DNA of 64,000 nt from the NCBI GenBank assembly GCA_018971045.1, contig JAGWVF010000002.1, forward strand, positions 65,133 to 129,132. The letters run 5' to 3'. The notes beneath the pieces are model-generated. The model had not been told where the DNA came from. It saw only the letters and a list, made by a program, of their open reading frames with translations, and did no database searches. The position numbers were made by a program, and so were the translations under genes. How positions within the stretch are numbered: position 1 is the stretch's first letter; the number at the start of each line of letters is the position of its first letter. This DNA comes from Patescibacteria group bacterium. Lineage in GTDB: Bacteria; Patescibacteriota; Minisyncoccia; Phycocordibacterales; Phycocordibacteraceae. This document shows positions 1 through 10,359 of the stretch, piece after piece.

Positions 1-30
1 AGTGGCGGCTGATCCACCACCTCTATTTTT

Positions 31-1296
31 ATGGCTAAAAAAACTATTACGAAAAAGAAAAAACCTTCTCGACCGCGTTCGAAGCATCCGGTGAAGAAAT
101 CCGCGAAAAAGCGGACGATGAAGCGTCTGTCCGCGAAAAAGAAAGCGGTGAAGAAGAGCCGCGCGCGCGCGAAGCCGAACAAGAAGCAAGTCGTTCGCGC
201 GGCGCTTCACGGCGCAAAAGCGAAGAGTGAATCGCAGAAAGCGCTTTCGGCCGACGCGCTTATTGAGCGAGGGAAAGAGCGCGGATATGTCACCTACAAT
301 GAGATTCTGAAGTCATTTCCGCACGTTGAGGAAGACGTCGGTTTCCTCGAATCCTTGTACGAGCGGTTTGCGGCTGCCGGAGTCGATGTGCTCGAGGGCG
401 GCATGCTTGAAGACGCCGCTGACGAATATCTCGCGACGCGCAATATCAAGGACCGCCACTCCACGAGTTATGATTCAATCCAGATCTATCTGCGCGAGAT
501 CGGGCAATTCCCGTTGCTTACCGCCGCCGAGGAGCGTGAACTCGCGAAGCGCATTGAAAAAGGCGACGCTGAAGCGCGCAACATTCTTGCCCGTTCCAAT
601 TTGCGTCTCGTGGTGTCGATCGCTAAAAAGTACGTGGGCCGTTCGCCCGATCTTACGCTCCTCGACCTCATTCAAGAAGGCAATCTGGGCCTCTTCCGCG
701 CGGTCGATAAATTCGACTGGAAGAAGGGCTATAAGTTCTCGACGTATGCCACATGGTGGATCCGCCAGGCGATCACGCGGGCGCTCGCCGACCAGAGCCG
801 GACAATCCGCATCCCCGTCCACATGGTCGAGACGATCGCCAAGTACAAGCAAGTCTCGCGCCGCCTCGCGCAGGTCTTGGGACGCGACCCGCAGGCTGAG
901 GAGATCGCGGTGGAAATGGGCGTCGAGCCGGAGAAGATTTATCAAATCGAGAAGATCAATCAGGACACGCTCTCGCTTGAGAATCCGGTCGGTTCGGATG
1001 ACGATGAGAAATCGACGCTCGGCGATTTCATTCCTGACGATAAGATCCCCTCGCCGGTGCAGGAATCGTCGGAGCGCATTCTTGAGGAACAGGTGCGCGC
1101 GATTCTGAACGATCTTTCGCCCAAGGAACGCAAGATCCTTGAGATGCGCCACGGCCTTATGGACGGCATTTACCACACGCTTGAAGAGGTTGGGCGCGAA
1201 TTCGGCGTCACCCGCGAGCGCATCCGCCAGATCGAAGCGAAGGCTCTCGAGAAAATACGAACCCACGACAAAGCGCGGCATTTGAAATCGTACTAG
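31..1296 (+). CDS. rpoD: Primary RNA polymerase sigma-70 factor with Lys/Arg-rich N-terminal tail
   Basis: Region 2 [36 protein letters not shown]; region 4 [24 protein letters not shown]. Confidence 0.97.
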   Translation: MAKKTITKKKKPSRPRSKHPVKKSAKKRTMKRLSAKKKAVKKSRARAKPNKKQVVRAALHGAKAKSESQKALSADALIERGKERGYVTYNEILKSFPHVEEDVGFLESLYERFAAAGVDVLEGGMLEDAADEYLATRNIKDRHSTSYDSIQIYLREIGQFPLLTAAEERELAKRIEKGDAEARNILARSNLRLVVSIAKKYVGRSPDLTLLDLIQEGNLGLFRAVDKFDWKKGYKFSTYATWWIRQAITRALADQSRTIRIPVHMVETIAKYKQVSRRLAQVLGRDPQAEEIAVEMGVEPEKIYQIEKINQDTLSLENPVGSDDDEKSTLGDFIPDDKIPSPVQESSERILEEQVRAILNDLSPKERKILEMRHGLMDGIYHTLEEVGREFGVTRERIRQIEAKALEKIRTHDKARHLKSY

Positions 1297-1310
1297 AGTA
1301 TACTCGCCTT

Positions 1311-2150
1311 ATGGCGAAAAAGCGGGTGGTGAAGAAGACAGCGAACGCACCCATTAAACACTGGAGCCATTCGAGTCTGATGGCGTTTTTGCGCAACCCG
1401 CTCGCCTGGTATACGCGATACGTCAAAGAGATTTATGATATGCCGACGACGCCTGCCGCGGTGGTGGGGAGCGCCGGGCACAAGGCGCTCGAGTATTTCT
1501 ATAGCGGAGTCCCGAAAGAGCTGGCGATACAGAAAGGTCTGGATCATATGCGCAATGTCGGCGATTTCGAAATAAACTTTGGGAAGGCGGTCTCAGCGCG
1601 GGCGAAGAGAGAGAGGCGAAAAGCGATGGAAGAGGAGTACCTTCGCGCGATTTCTTATTATCTCGCGCGACCACCTCGGCACACCGTGCTCGGCGTTGAG
1701 GTGGTCGGCGTTGTCAAAGTGAAGGGGCTTCCGATACCGATCAAGGCGATCTCGGATCTCGTCGTGGAATCACGCGTCGAGAAAGGCGCGGTCGATATCG
1801 TCGACCACAAGTTCGTAACGGCCTTTAGCAAGAGCGGCGCGGCGAAGTCGCTTTTTATCATCCAAGCGATTTTCAACTACTACACCGTGCGCGAGCTTTA
1901 CGGCAGGCCGGTACGGCGTTTTATCGTCTATGAGTGCAAAAAGACTAAGAATGGAGACGGCAAGGCGCAACTGCGGCGCTACGAGATCGATTTCACCAAA
2001 TGCGCCGAGAGCTTTGCTGTTTTCCATCGCCTGCTCCATGACGCGACCGCCGAGATTATGCGCGAGCGGCTCTACCTCCCGAATCCTTCTGATCTCTTCG
2101 AAGGCGAGCACTCATTTGAGCTGTATCGCCTCGATCTCCTCGATCGGTAA
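1311..2150 (+). CDS. PD-(D/E)XK nuclease family protein (RecB/AddB-like nuclease domain)
   Basis: WSHSSL...GSAGHKALE N-terminus, E...D...IVDHK catalytic pattern, Q...Y motif; TATACT 6 nt before ATG. Confidence 0.75.
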   Translation: MAKKRVVKKTANAPIKHWSHSSLMAFLRNPLAWYTRYVKEIYDMPTTPAAVVGSAGHKALEYFYSGVPKELAIQKGLDHMRNVGDFEINFGKAVSARAKRERRKAMEEEYLRAISYYLARPPRHTVLGVEVVGVVKVKGLPIPIKAISDLVVESRVEKGAVDIVDHKFVTAFSKSGAAKSLFIIQAIFNYYTVRELYGRPVRRFIVYECKKTKNGDGKAQLRRYEIDFTKCAESFAVFHRLLHDATAEIMRERLYLPNPSDLFEGEHSFELYRLDLLDR

Positions 2151-2164
2151 GCGCTCTCGAAAGA

Positions 2165-2836
2165 TTATTGAAGCGATTGATCGACGAGCGTCTTGAGGTC
2201 GTCGTAGGAATAGGCGCCGTCGACGACGACGGGGAGTTTACCGCGCACGAGGATAAGCGAGTAGGGAACCCCGGTGGCCCCCATAGCGAGCGCGTTCTTC
2301 CGGTCGGCTTGAATACGCTCAAGGAGCGGCGCCGACGTCGATTCGCTCGCGTAGCAGGTGGCGAAGGTATCAGCCGGCACATTCGTCACGGCGGCGATCG
2401 TTCCGATCGCCGCCGGAGCGACGGGCTGCCTCGCATAGAGCGCGTCGGTAAATTTCCAAAACGCATCATTGCCGCCAACCTCTGCCGCGCACTCAGCGGC
2501 CTTAGCGAGCGCGAGCGCGTCCGGATGGATCTCGCTGAGAGGGAAGTGGCGGAAGACCCACGCGACTTCGCCGTTCGCTCCTTCGGTCGCTATGATCTGG
2601 TGCAGTGTCTCATTGAATCCCTTACAGTATTCGCAATCGAAGTCGGCGTATTCGACGATCATCACCTTCGCAGCCGGATTCCCGAGAATGTGATCGGATG
2701 CGCTCACGGGGCGCACGAGCGACGGATCGCCTGCGCGTACGGGCGCCGCAGGTTTGGCGAGCGAGAGGTATACCGCCGCGGCGAGGATGATTCCGCTCAC
2801 GACAATCGCGACGGGAATGACGAGTGCGGATTTCAT
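2165..2836 (-). CDS. Membrane-anchored DsbA/thioredoxin-fold oxidoreductase
   Basis: N-terminal TM, EYADFDCEYC, FRHFPL, GATGVP. Confidence 0.9.
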   Translation of the reverse strand: MKSALVIPVAIVVSGIILAAAVYLSLAKPAAPVRAGDPSLVRPVSASDHILGNPAAKVMIVEYADFDCEYCKGFNETLHQIIATEGANGEVAWVFRHFPLSEIHPDALALAKAAECAAEVGGNDAFWKFTDALYARQPVAPAAIGTIAAVTNVPADTFATCYASESTSAPLLERIQADRKNALAMGATGVPYSLILVRGKLPVVVDGAYSYDDLKTLVDQSLQ

Positions 2837-3414
2837 AGCGGGAGCGCGTGGGTGAGCGAGGAGGTCGAAGAGGGCGCAAGAAGCCAGTCGGACGTGTCGA
2901 TTTTAATATCGCGGGTATCGCGCAATTCTTTATATTTCAAGATGCCGTGCGTAAGCGCATAGTCGTAGAGCGCGCGCGTAAGCCGCACGTCTTCAAGGCA
3001 ATATTCAGCCACCTTCGCTTTCTTGCCTTCGCGCCACCAGTCCTGCGCTTTCAGGCCGTCTCCCTTTTTTCCTTTTCCCAGGGTCGCCTCTGCAAGTGAT
3101 TGCAGACGGATCCGCCGGCCGAGCGCGCGCTGTACCTCGCGCAAAAGATCAAGCGATCGCAGAAAAGAAAGATCTCCCGGGTAATAGCGGTTCAAAAGCG
3201 GGATGTCGAAGGTGTCCGAGTTAAAGCCGATCAGCTGATCCGCGCGCTCGAGTATCGGCCAGAGCTTCGGCAGATCTTCTTTATAGTACGAGGAATATGA
3301 ATCAGTCTCGGAATCGTGAATGCCGACGACCGTAAGCTCCTGTTCGTTTACGTCAATGTGCCCGCGCACTGCCGAGTTCGAAATGGATTCGATGTCAAAC
3401 GTGATCGCGCGCAT
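2833..3414 (-). CDS. Ribonuclease H-like (DEDD, YprB-like) exonuclease
   Basis: FDIE, GFNSDTFDIP, YCLEDV motifs. Confidence 0.8.
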   Translation of the reverse strand: MRAITFDIESISNSAVRGHIDVNEQELTVVGIHDSETDSYSSYYKEDLPKLWPILERADQLIGFNSDTFDIPLLNRYYPGDLSFLRSLDLLREVQRALGRRIRLQSLAEATLGKGKKGDGLKAQDWWREGKKAKVAEYCLEDVRLTRALYDYALTHGILKYKELRDTRDIKIDTSDWLLAPSSTSSLTHALPL

Positions 3415-3415
3415 A

Positions 3416-4651
3416 TCAGCCTCCGGAGCGCAGCCGCGCGGGAAGGAGAGAGGTCGGAAGCTCGGTCTCCTCGCCGCTCGCTAGAACTTTCATCCGCACC
3501 GTTTGATTGGCGACCTCGTTCGCGCCATACGCGATGAAGAGCGGTATGCCGCGCCGCACCGCATCCTTGATTTGATCGCCGAGCGAGCGTTCAGTCAGAT
3601 TGACGAACACGCGTCCGCCTTCCGCGCGGAGCGTTTCGGCGAATGCCTGCGCCGCGGGAATGTCGCTTGGAACGGGCGTACCGAGATAGAGATGCGGCGC
3701 GTTCGCGTTCGTCTGCGGCAGGAGACCGCGCGTTTCGAGGAAGTCGATAAGCGTTACGTCTCCCATTCCGAAACCGATCGCCGGCACCGGATCGCCGCCG
3801 TACACCGCCACAAGGCCGTCGTACCGGCCGCCGCCAAAGATCGCACGCGGATTCGCAGGGTTGGTATCGAACACTTCGAAAACGAGCCCGGTGTAGTAAT
3901 CGAAGCCTCGCGTGATGCCGGGATCGAAGACGGCATTTTTAACGCCGCGTTCCCTGAGTGTCGCGATGACCGACTCGATTGGTTCCGCCTCAATATGCGC
4001 GAGCGGGTCCGTGTGGGTAATGGTCTCGCGCGCCGCGGTAAACGCCTCGGGCGTCATCTTCGATCGTTTATCGAGCAAGCGGAGATAGGAACGGACATCT
4101 TCTTCCGTAAGCCCCGCTACCTTGCAGGCGGCGTTCAGAAGTTCGCGCGAATTGACGCGGATGACGAAATCGCTGTCCGTTGCGCCGAATGCCTTCAAGA
4201 GCTCGGACGCGATCGTCACGATTTCAATATCGGCTTCGCTCGATCCGATACCGACCAAATCGACGTTCAGTTGATAATGTTCGCGTAGCCTTCCTTTTTG
4301 CGGACGTTCATAGCGAAAGACATTCGGAAGCGAGAACCAGCGGAGAGGAAAAGTGAGTTCGCGCCGCTTCGCCGCGATCATGCGAGCGAGGGTCGGAGTC
4401 ATCTCGGGCCGGAGCGTTACTCTCCGATCTCCGCGGTCGATGAAAGTATACGTTTGCTCAGAGACGATCTCTTCGGAGGTCTTCGCCTCGTAGAGTTCGG
4501 CGCGTTCGAGCGGGGAGGCGTTGTACTCTTCGTATCCCCAGCGCGCGAGAGTATCACGGATCTGCGCGAAGAGCGCGATCATGCGCGCCCAGTCGCCGGG
4601 ATAAAAATCGCGCACGCCCTTGTACGGGTCAGTCGAAAAAGGTTCGGCCAT
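3416..4651 (-). CDS. hisS: Histidine--tRNA ligase
   Basis: KGVRDF, LRPEMT, FRYERPQKGRLREH, RGFDYYTG, GGGRYDGL. Confidence 0.97.
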   Translation of the reverse strand: MAEPFSTDPYKGVRDFYPGDWARMIALFAQIRDTLARWGYEEYNASPLERAELYEAKTSEEIVSEQTYTFIDRGDRRVTLRPEMTPTLARMIAAKRRELTFPLRWFSLPNVFRYERPQKGRLREHYQLNVDLVGIGSSEADIEIVTIASELLKAFGATDSDFVIRVNSRELLNAACKVAGLTEEDVRSYLRLLDKRSKMTPEAFTAARETITHTDPLAHIEAEPIESVIATLRERGVKNAVFDPGITRGFDYYTGLVFEVFDTNPANPRAIFGGGRYDGLVAVYGGDPVPAIGFGMGDVTLIDFLETRGLLPQTNANAPHLYLGTPVPSDIPAAQAFAETLRAEGGRVFVNLTERSLGDQIKDAVRRGIPLFIAYGANEVANQTVRMKVLASGEETELPTSLLPARLRSGG

Positions 4652-4679
4652 AATATAATTTTATCACGAACGGTCGCGG

Positions 4680-5219
4680 CTAAACACCCGTTTCTTTTTC
4701 TTCCGGTATGTATTTGAGAATGAGATCGCGCATCATTTCCGGCTTTGAGATGCCAGACATAGTAAATTCCTCTTCCTCTCCGGCGGACTGCACCTTGATG
4801 GTTCCAATATTGATGATTGAGGAAAGAACGCCGCTCACATCTGACGTGACGTCTTGCACACGCGAAAGGAAGAGGCTCGATACCTCGCGCGAGAAGAAAC
4901 GGCGCTGTTTAATATGGATGATACGTTGATTCGTGAGAATCCATGCGTTGAGGAAATAACGGGTGAAGTTTCCCCACGCCACCGTCCAGATTATGAGGAG
5001 CCAGATCGTCAGAGCGTGGTGCGACTCCGATTGTCGATAATCGAGATACGATATGAAGTGTATATTCGCGGGTACCGGAGCAAACGAAAGTAATTGCGGC
5101 AACGCAAATGGGATTACCGCAAGGATCACATAAGGGAGCATCTCGCCAAGAAGGAGCAACCAATGCTTGCGGAGCAGGCGAACGACAAACTCACCCGGTT
5201 CGAGTTCGAAGCCGTTCAT
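4680..5219 (-). CDS. Membrane protein with bacterial PH domain
   Basis: RKHW, two TM segments, ILTNQRII...VQDVT...GTIKVQSAG. Confidence 0.75.
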   Translation of the reverse strand: MNGFELEPGEFVVRLLRKHWLLLLGEMLPYVILAVIPFALPQLLSFAPVPANIHFISYLDYRQSESHHALTIWLLIIWTVAWGNFTRYFLNAWILTNQRIIHIKQRRFFSREVSSLFLSRVQDVTSDVSGVLSSIINIGTIKVQSAGEEEEFTMSGISKPEMMRDLILKYIPEEKETGV

Positions 5220-5467
5220 ATGAGCAAGTACAATCCAAGTGCGAGCGATATGCTGAGGTGGAGAATGATCGACACCGTCGTTGCAAAAAGATTATGCGCA
5301 TACTTGAGCCAATGATAGATCGCAACGAGCGTATATAGCGCCCAGAAGACGAAAACGGAGATAAATAACCACTGTTTAAGCTGATCGCCGGAGACAATGT
5401 TCAGCATATGCAGATTCTGCATCACCGCCACGGGAGGTGCGAACGGCTGTAGCGGCCGATCAATCAT
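5216..5467 (-). CDS. Small membrane protein, hypothetical (start uncertain)
   Basis: Two hydrophobic helices with YHW motif; fills the gap between prmC and the PH-domain gene with short overlaps. Confidence 0.6.
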   Translation of the reverse strand: MIDRPLQPFAPPVAVMQNLHMLNIVSGDQLKQWLFISVFVFWALYTLVAIYHWLKYAHNLFATTVSIILHLSISLALGLYLLI

Positions 5468-6203
5468 CGAGAAATGATACCACGATCACGCGCGGAACGC
5501 CGTACTGATCGGCGTGTATTTCTGCGGTCAGGCGCCGATCGGTAAACAACGAGCAGGCGGCCGCTGCGTGTTCGCTATCGCATTCGATCCATGCGGTACC
5601 TTCTCTCGTGAGGTGTTTTGGAAGCTCGGCGGCGATGCGGCGAATGACGGCAAGACCGTCAACCCCCGCCCGCAAAGCGATCTCGGGCTCATAGCGGGCG
5701 ACACTCGCGGGGAGCGTGCGCTCGGAGGGAATATAGGGAGGATTGGCGGCAATGAGGTCGAATGTCTCGCCGTCGAACGGCGCGAAGAGATCGCCGATGC
5801 CGATATGCGCGCGAGACGCATCCAAGGCATTCCCCGATATATTTTTTGAAATAGTTTTCTCGTGCCCGGGATCAATCTCGCCAAACGAGACATCGGCCGT
5901 CGGGAGGCGCTTAAGCGCGGCGCAGCCGATGGCGCCGGAGCCGGCGCAAAGATCTAAAAAGCGAAGGCCGCTCGAATTCTTATTAACGGCTTCTTTAAGA
6001 AGTTGGAAGGTCCACCACTCGGTCTCGGAACGGGGAATAAGCGGACGCGAGTCGAGATGTATCGTAAGGTCGAGGAACGGCTGATGCCCGATCACATAGG
6101 CGAGCGGCTCATCGGCGGCGAGCCGACCGCAATCTGATCTGAAACCATCCGTCGCTACTCCACCGTATTTTTCATCGAGTAGCCGCCGCTCGTCTTTGGT
6201 CAT
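5460..6203 (-). CDS. prmC: Release factor glutamine methyltransferase (HemK/PrmC)
   Basis: EPLAYVIG, LIPRSETE, LDLCAGSGAIG, NPPY; start moved to MTKDE because the longer ORF begins inside a terminator. Confidence 0.9.
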   Translation of the reverse strand: MTKDERRLLDEKYGGVATDGFRSDCGRLAADEPLAYVIGHQPFLDLTIHLDSRPLIPRSETEWWTFQLLKEAVNKNSSGLRFLDLCAGSGAIGCAALKRLPTADVSFGEIDPGHEKTISKNISGNALDASRAHIGIGDLFAPFDGETFDLIAANPPYIPSERTLPASVARYEPEIALRAGVDGLAVIRRIAAELPKHLTREGTAWIECDSEHAAAACSLFTDRRLTAEIHADQYGVPRVIVVSFLDD

Positions 6204-6218
6204 ATGTAGAGAACGTAG

Positions 6219-6258
6219 CACAAAACAAAACAGCCCGCGCAAAGCGCGGGCTGTTTTG
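6219..6258 (-). terminator. Intrinsic terminator of the RRM gene
   Basis: 15-bp inverted repeat CAAAACAGCCCGCGC/GCGCGGGCTGTTTTG (6226-6258) with U-rich tail on the minus strand. Confidence 0.8.
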
Positions 6259-6272
6259 CCATCAAACGATGA

Positions 6273-6608
6273 TTAGTAGCCTCCTCGGCCGTAGCCGTTC
6301 CCGCCGCCGAAGCCGCCTTCGCGGCGCGGAGGGCGATCACCCTGCGGGCGGGCAAACGAGACGGAGAGCGTACGCCCATCCATCTCCTTGCCATCCCAAC
6401 GGTCGATGGCCGCCTGAGCTTCCGCCTCGGTCGCCATCTCGACAAATCCGAAGCCGCGTGAGCGGCCCGTCATTCGATCGCTAATGATGCTCGCCGAGAC
6501 GACATTTCCGGCCTCGCTAAAGGCCTTTTTAAGATCGTCTTCCGTCGAACGATAGGGAATACCGCCTACGTAGAGCTTGTTTCCCTGAACTGCTGACTGA
6601 TTATCCAT
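6273..6608 (-). CDS. RRM RNA-binding protein with Gly-rich tail
   Basis: RNP2 KLYVGGI, RNP1 RGFGFVEM, C-terminal GGFGGGNGYGRGGY; start at MDNQ. Confidence 0.93.
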   Translation of the reverse strand: MDNQSAVQGNKLYVGGIPYRSTEDDLKKAFSEAGNVVSASIISDRMTGRSRGFGFVEMATEAEAQAAIDRWDGKEMDGRTLSVSFARPQGDRPPRREGGFGGGNGYGRGGY

Positions 6609-6806
6609 GTGTAGATCTAACCGGTTAATCTCGCTGAAACTGAACGCATGCGGCCGTCGCCGGCCAAGGCATTGCTCGAATACTCCGCGAGTAATTACAG
6701 TATGCCAGAAATGCGCGGAGTACGCAAGGCATTGTTGATAAGCGCCGCCGCATCGAAAAAGAGACACGTTGACTTCATTCGTCAGATTTGGTATATATTA
6801 GACCAC

Positions 6807-7886
6807 ATGAAGAGTGCGATAAAAACGAAGCGCAAGGAAGCCTCGAAAGCGGTCAAACCGGTCACGTTTTCTTTTGACAGTATCGCTCTCGTGAAGCGCC
6901 TGCTCGCCTCGGTTCCGCCGCGCGCTCGCGAGGTGCTCACGCGCCGATTCGGCCTCGGCGCCACGACGACTCGCGAGACCCTCGAAACGATCGGTGATCG
7001 CGCCGGCATTACGCGCGAGCGCGTTCGCCAGATCGAGGCCGCCGGACTTGATGCCGTACGCGCAAGCAAGGCGTTTAAGGAAGCGAAAGCGGCATTTGAA
7101 GAGCTCACCTCGTATGTCACGTCGCTCGGCACCCTCGTACCCGAGGAAGCGCTTTTAGCGGCGCTCGGCAAGGACGGGAAAAGCCGCAACCGTTTTCGCT
7201 TCTTTCTTATGCTCGACTCGTCTTTTTATCGCGAGCGCGAAACGAACGAATTCCTCGTACGCTGGCATGTTGATAAAGGAACCGCCAAGCTTATTCACGA
7301 TGCGCTCTCGCGCCTCTACACATCGCTCGCCGATGACGAAGTCATTCCCGAAGGAGAACTTCTGGATCGGTTCCTCGACGAGCTTAAAGAAGTCAATGAT
7401 GCCTACAAGAATGAAGAAGTCTTGAAGCGCTGGCTCTCCTTAAGTAAGCATATCGGCAGCAATCCGCTCTCGGAATGGGGTCGCACGTCCGCTCCCGGTA
7501 TCCGGATCAAGGGCATTCGCGATTACGCGTATCTTGCGGTGAAGCGCCACGGCGAACCGATGCATTTCTCGGATGTTGCAAAGACAATCGGCACGCTTTT
7601 TTCGAAGAAGGCGCATATCGCAACGACCCATAACGAGCTCATCAAGGACCCGCGTTTCGTGCTCGTCGGACGCGGACTCTATGCGCTCACCGAGTGGGGC
7701 TACAAGCCGGGCGTGGTGCGCGAAGTGATCCGCGAAGCGCTCAAACAGGAAGGTCCGATGAAAAAGGATGACATCATCAAGCACGTGAAGCGCGCTCGTT
7801 TCGTGAAGGACAACACGATCTTCGTGAATCTGAACGATTCGCGGTATTTCAAACGCCTTAAGGACGGCCGGTATATCTCCGTCTAA
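6807..7886 (+). CDS. Sigma-70 region-4-like HTH fused to winged-helix (HARE-HTH/RpoE-like) domains
   Basis: RRFGL...TLETIGDRAGITRERVRQIE; HNELIKDPRFVLVGRGLYAL; TTGACT at 6769 and TATATT just upstream. Confidence 0.75.
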   Translation: MKSAIKTKRKEASKAVKPVTFSFDSIALVKRLLASVPPRAREVLTRRFGLGATTTRETLETIGDRAGITRERVRQIEAAGLDAVRASKAFKEAKAAFEELTSYVTSLGTLVPEEALLAALGKDGKSRNRFRFFLMLDSSFYRERETNEFLVRWHVDKGTAKLIHDALSRLYTSLADDEVIPEGELLDRFLDELKEVNDAYKNEEVLKRWLSLSKHIGSNPLSEWGRTSAPGIRIKGIRDYAYLAVKRHGEPMHFSDVAKTIGTLFSKKAHIATTHNELIKDPRFVLVGRGLYALTEWGYKPGVVREVIREALKQEGPMKKDDIIKHVKRARFVKDNTIFVNLNDSRYFKRLKDGRYISV

Positions 7887-7901
7887 TGGTTATTCGTATG
7901 C

Positions 7902-7936
7902 ACAGAAGCGGCGTCCGCGAGGCGCCGCTTCTGTTT
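7902..7936 (+). terminator. Intrinsic terminator-like hairpin
   Basis: ACAGAAGCGGCG...CGCCGCTTCTGT followed by TT. Confidence 0.7.
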
Positions 7937-7955
7937 GGTATACTGATACGGTACA

Positions 7956-9317
7956 ATGTCGCTCCTCCATAGCGTTGAATCGGCACAGAAAAAAATAACC
8001 TCGAAAACCGGATTACGGTTCGAGCCATGGCCGCTCCTTCTTGTCGCTCTATCGGTTCTCCTCATGGCGTTTGTCTTTATGCCGAGCGTCGCAATGCTCT
8101 CGTTCTCGATGGCGCTCTTTCTCGCGCCGATATGGCTCCCCCTCTTGCTTGTCGGCGGCGCGATCGATCTCTGGTACATCTATAAACGCTCGGAATTCAT
8201 CGCGAGTAAACAATATGTTCTCCTTGAGATAAAGCCTCCGCGCAATCTCGCCAAAACGCCTCTCGCTATGGAGACATTCCTTTCGACGCTGCACCTGACC
8301 GGAGGCGAGTCGACCTGGTGGGCGCGTTTGAATGGAGGAACCCGCCCTTTCTGGTCGCTTGAGATCGCTTCGTTTGAAGGTCAGGTGCATTTCTTTATCT
8401 GGGGGCGCGCTGATTTCCGCAGGCTTATCGAATCGCAGCTGTATGCCCAGTATCCAGGCGTGCATATCGCCGAATCGCTTGACTACACTCGCCTCATCTC
8501 AGCAGCGCCCGAGGAATGGAGTCTGTGGGGGTGCGATTTTATGCATATGGCCGCCGATCCGCTGCCCATCAGGACGTACATTGAATACGGACTTGATAAA
8601 GTACAAAAAGAGCCGGAACAGACCGACCCGCTCGCCAATCTTATCGAGTTCATGGGCTCCATCGGAAAAGGGGAGTATCTCTGGCTCCAATTCATCGTGC
8701 GCGCTCATAAAGGAGAGAAGTATCATAAACACAATGAGAAAGGCGATCCCTTCACGTGGAAAGATTTGGCGAACGAGCTGGTTCAGGATATTCGGAAAGC
8801 GACTCGTGATCCTTATGTCGATCCGGCTACCGGCGAAGAACGGCCAGGATTTCCGAATCCTACCAAAGGTCAGGTAGAAAAAATCGCCGCGATCGAGCGC
8901 AACGTCTCAAAACTCGCGTTCGATGTCGGCGGACGCGGCGTGTATCTCTCTCGGCCGGAACATTTCCACAGCGCGACGATCCCTCAAATGATCTCTCTCT
9001 TTAAGCCGTTTAACTCGGAAGGGTGGAACGGGATCAAAGCATCGGCGTGGCTCATGCGTTTCGACGATTATCCGTGGGAAGTCGGCGTTTCGAAAAAGAA
9101 AGATCATTATCGCCGCGAGCTGGTTGACGCGTTCCGCCGCAGGCAGTTTTTCCATGACCCTTTTCATGAGGGAGGATTGCATGCGGATGACGCCATGGTT
9201 ATGAGCACCGAAGAGCTCGCGACCATCTTCCACATTCCCTCGCGCTCGGTCGAGACGCCAGGTCTCGGACGCGTGCAATCAGCGACCGGCGAAGCGCCGC
9301 CAGACCTGCCCGTCTAG
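7956..9317 (+). CDS. CPR-type membrane-anchored hypothetical protein
   Basis: N-terminal TMs; LLEIKPP, FWSLEIAS, QLYAQYPG, EELATIFHIP, echoing the N-terminal half of the ATPase at 49073. Confidence 0.7.
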   Translation: MSLLHSVESAQKKITSKTGLRFEPWPLLLVALSVLLMAFVFMPSVAMLSFSMALFLAPIWLPLLLVGGAIDLWYIYKRSEFIASKQYVLLEIKPPRNLAKTPLAMETFLSTLHLTGGESTWWARLNGGTRPFWSLEIASFEGQVHFFIWGRADFRRLIESQLYAQYPGVHIAESLDYTRLISAAPEEWSLWGCDFMHMAADPLPIRTYIEYGLDKVQKEPEQTDPLANLIEFMGSIGKGEYLWLQFIVRAHKGEKYHKHNEKGDPFTWKDLANELVQDIRKATRDPYVDPATGEERPGFPNPTKGQVEKIAAIERNVSKLAFDVGGRGVYLSRPEHFHSATIPQMISLFKPFNSEGWNGIKASAWLMRFDDYPWEVGVSKKKDHYRRELVDAFRRRQFFHDPFHEGGLHADDAMVMSTEELATIFHIPSRSVETPGLGRVQSATGEAPPDLPV

Positions 9318-9321
9318 AGTC

Positions 9322-10293
9322 ATGCCGTTTCCAAGATTTCCTGCTCTCCAGAAGCGGTATCGGTGGCGCATGGCGGCATCAATCGCCGGAATGCTTCTGG
9401 TCAGCTACGCGCTCGTATTCGCTCCGCCGTCTTCCTTCCCGTCAGGGACAGTTCTTCTCGTTCAGCGCGGAGAAGGCGTTCCCGACATCGTGAAGAAATT
9501 TGCTGACGCGCATATCGTCGCCCACCCGTCGGTGCTACGCTTTATTCTGCGCGTCATGGACGCGGGGAATACGGTACAAGCCGGCGCTTACCGTTTCCCC
9601 CGCCCAGAGAGCGTGCTTTCGGTTGCGTATCGCTTGAGTCATGGTGAGTACGGCATTCCCTCCGTCCGCATCACGGTGACGGAAGGCGCAACGGTCCGCG
9701 AATTAGCCGATCAGGTCGCCGCCGCGTTTCCGGAAATATCGGCGGAGGACATGCGCGCGGCGGGCATGAAATACGAAGGATATCTCTTTCCGGACACCTA
9801 CACCTTTCCGCCGGGAACCGACGCGGACTCGGTGATTGCCGCCATGCGCGGCAATTTCGAGACGAAAATCGCTCCTTTGAAGGAGAGCATCGCGGCATCG
9901 GGACACTCGCTCTCTGCTGTTATCACGATGGCATCGCTTCTTGAGAAGGAGGCGCGCACCCTTGAGAGCAAGAAGATGGTCGCGGGCATCTTGTGGAATC
10001 GTCTCGCGCTCGGTATGCCGCTTCAGGTCGACGCAGTTTTCGGGTATATTTATAATCGGGAGACGTACTCGCCCTCGTACGCCGACCTCAAAGTAGATTC
10101 TCCCTATAACACCTACCTTCATAAAGGCCTCCCGCCCGGACCCATCAATAATCCGGGACTCGAGAGCATCGAAGCGGCGTTGAGTCCCACGAAAACTCCC
10201 TATCTCTACTACCTCACGGGGAATGATAATCAAATGCATTACGCCTCAACCTACGCCGGCCACCTTGCCAACCAGCGAAGCTATTTGCGATAG
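9322..10293 (+). CDS. mltG: Endolytic transglycosylase MltG (YceG family)
   Basis: EGYLFPDTY, ASLLEKEA, NRL...PLQVDA, SPYNTY...GLPPGPINNPG. Confidence 0.93.
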   Translation: MPFPRFPALQKRYRWRMAASIAGMLLVSYALVFAPPSSFPSGTVLLVQRGEGVPDIVKKFADAHIVAHPSVLRFILRVMDAGNTVQAGAYRFPRPESVLSVAYRLSHGEYGIPSVRITVTEGATVRELADQVAAAFPEISAEDMRAAGMKYEGYLFPDTYTFPPGTDADSVIAAMRGNFETKIAPLKESIAASGHSLSAVITMASLLEKEARTLESKKMVAGILWNRLALGMPLQVDAVFGYIYNRETYSPSYADLKVDSPYNTYLHKGLPPGPINNPGLESIEAALSPTKTPYLYYLTGNDNQMHYASTYAGHLANQRSYLR

Positions 10294-10359
10294 TCTTAAG
10301 GGGCGGAATACGAATAAGACCATAGCTAAAGAATCGATTTTTTGCTAAATTTTATTCAT

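Noticed and set aside
31-210. Lys/Arg-rich RpoD N-terminus as a separate histone-like gene or repeat
   Set aside because: It is in frame with the sigma factor and has no nucleotide-level periodicity; basic tails are known on primary sigma factors.
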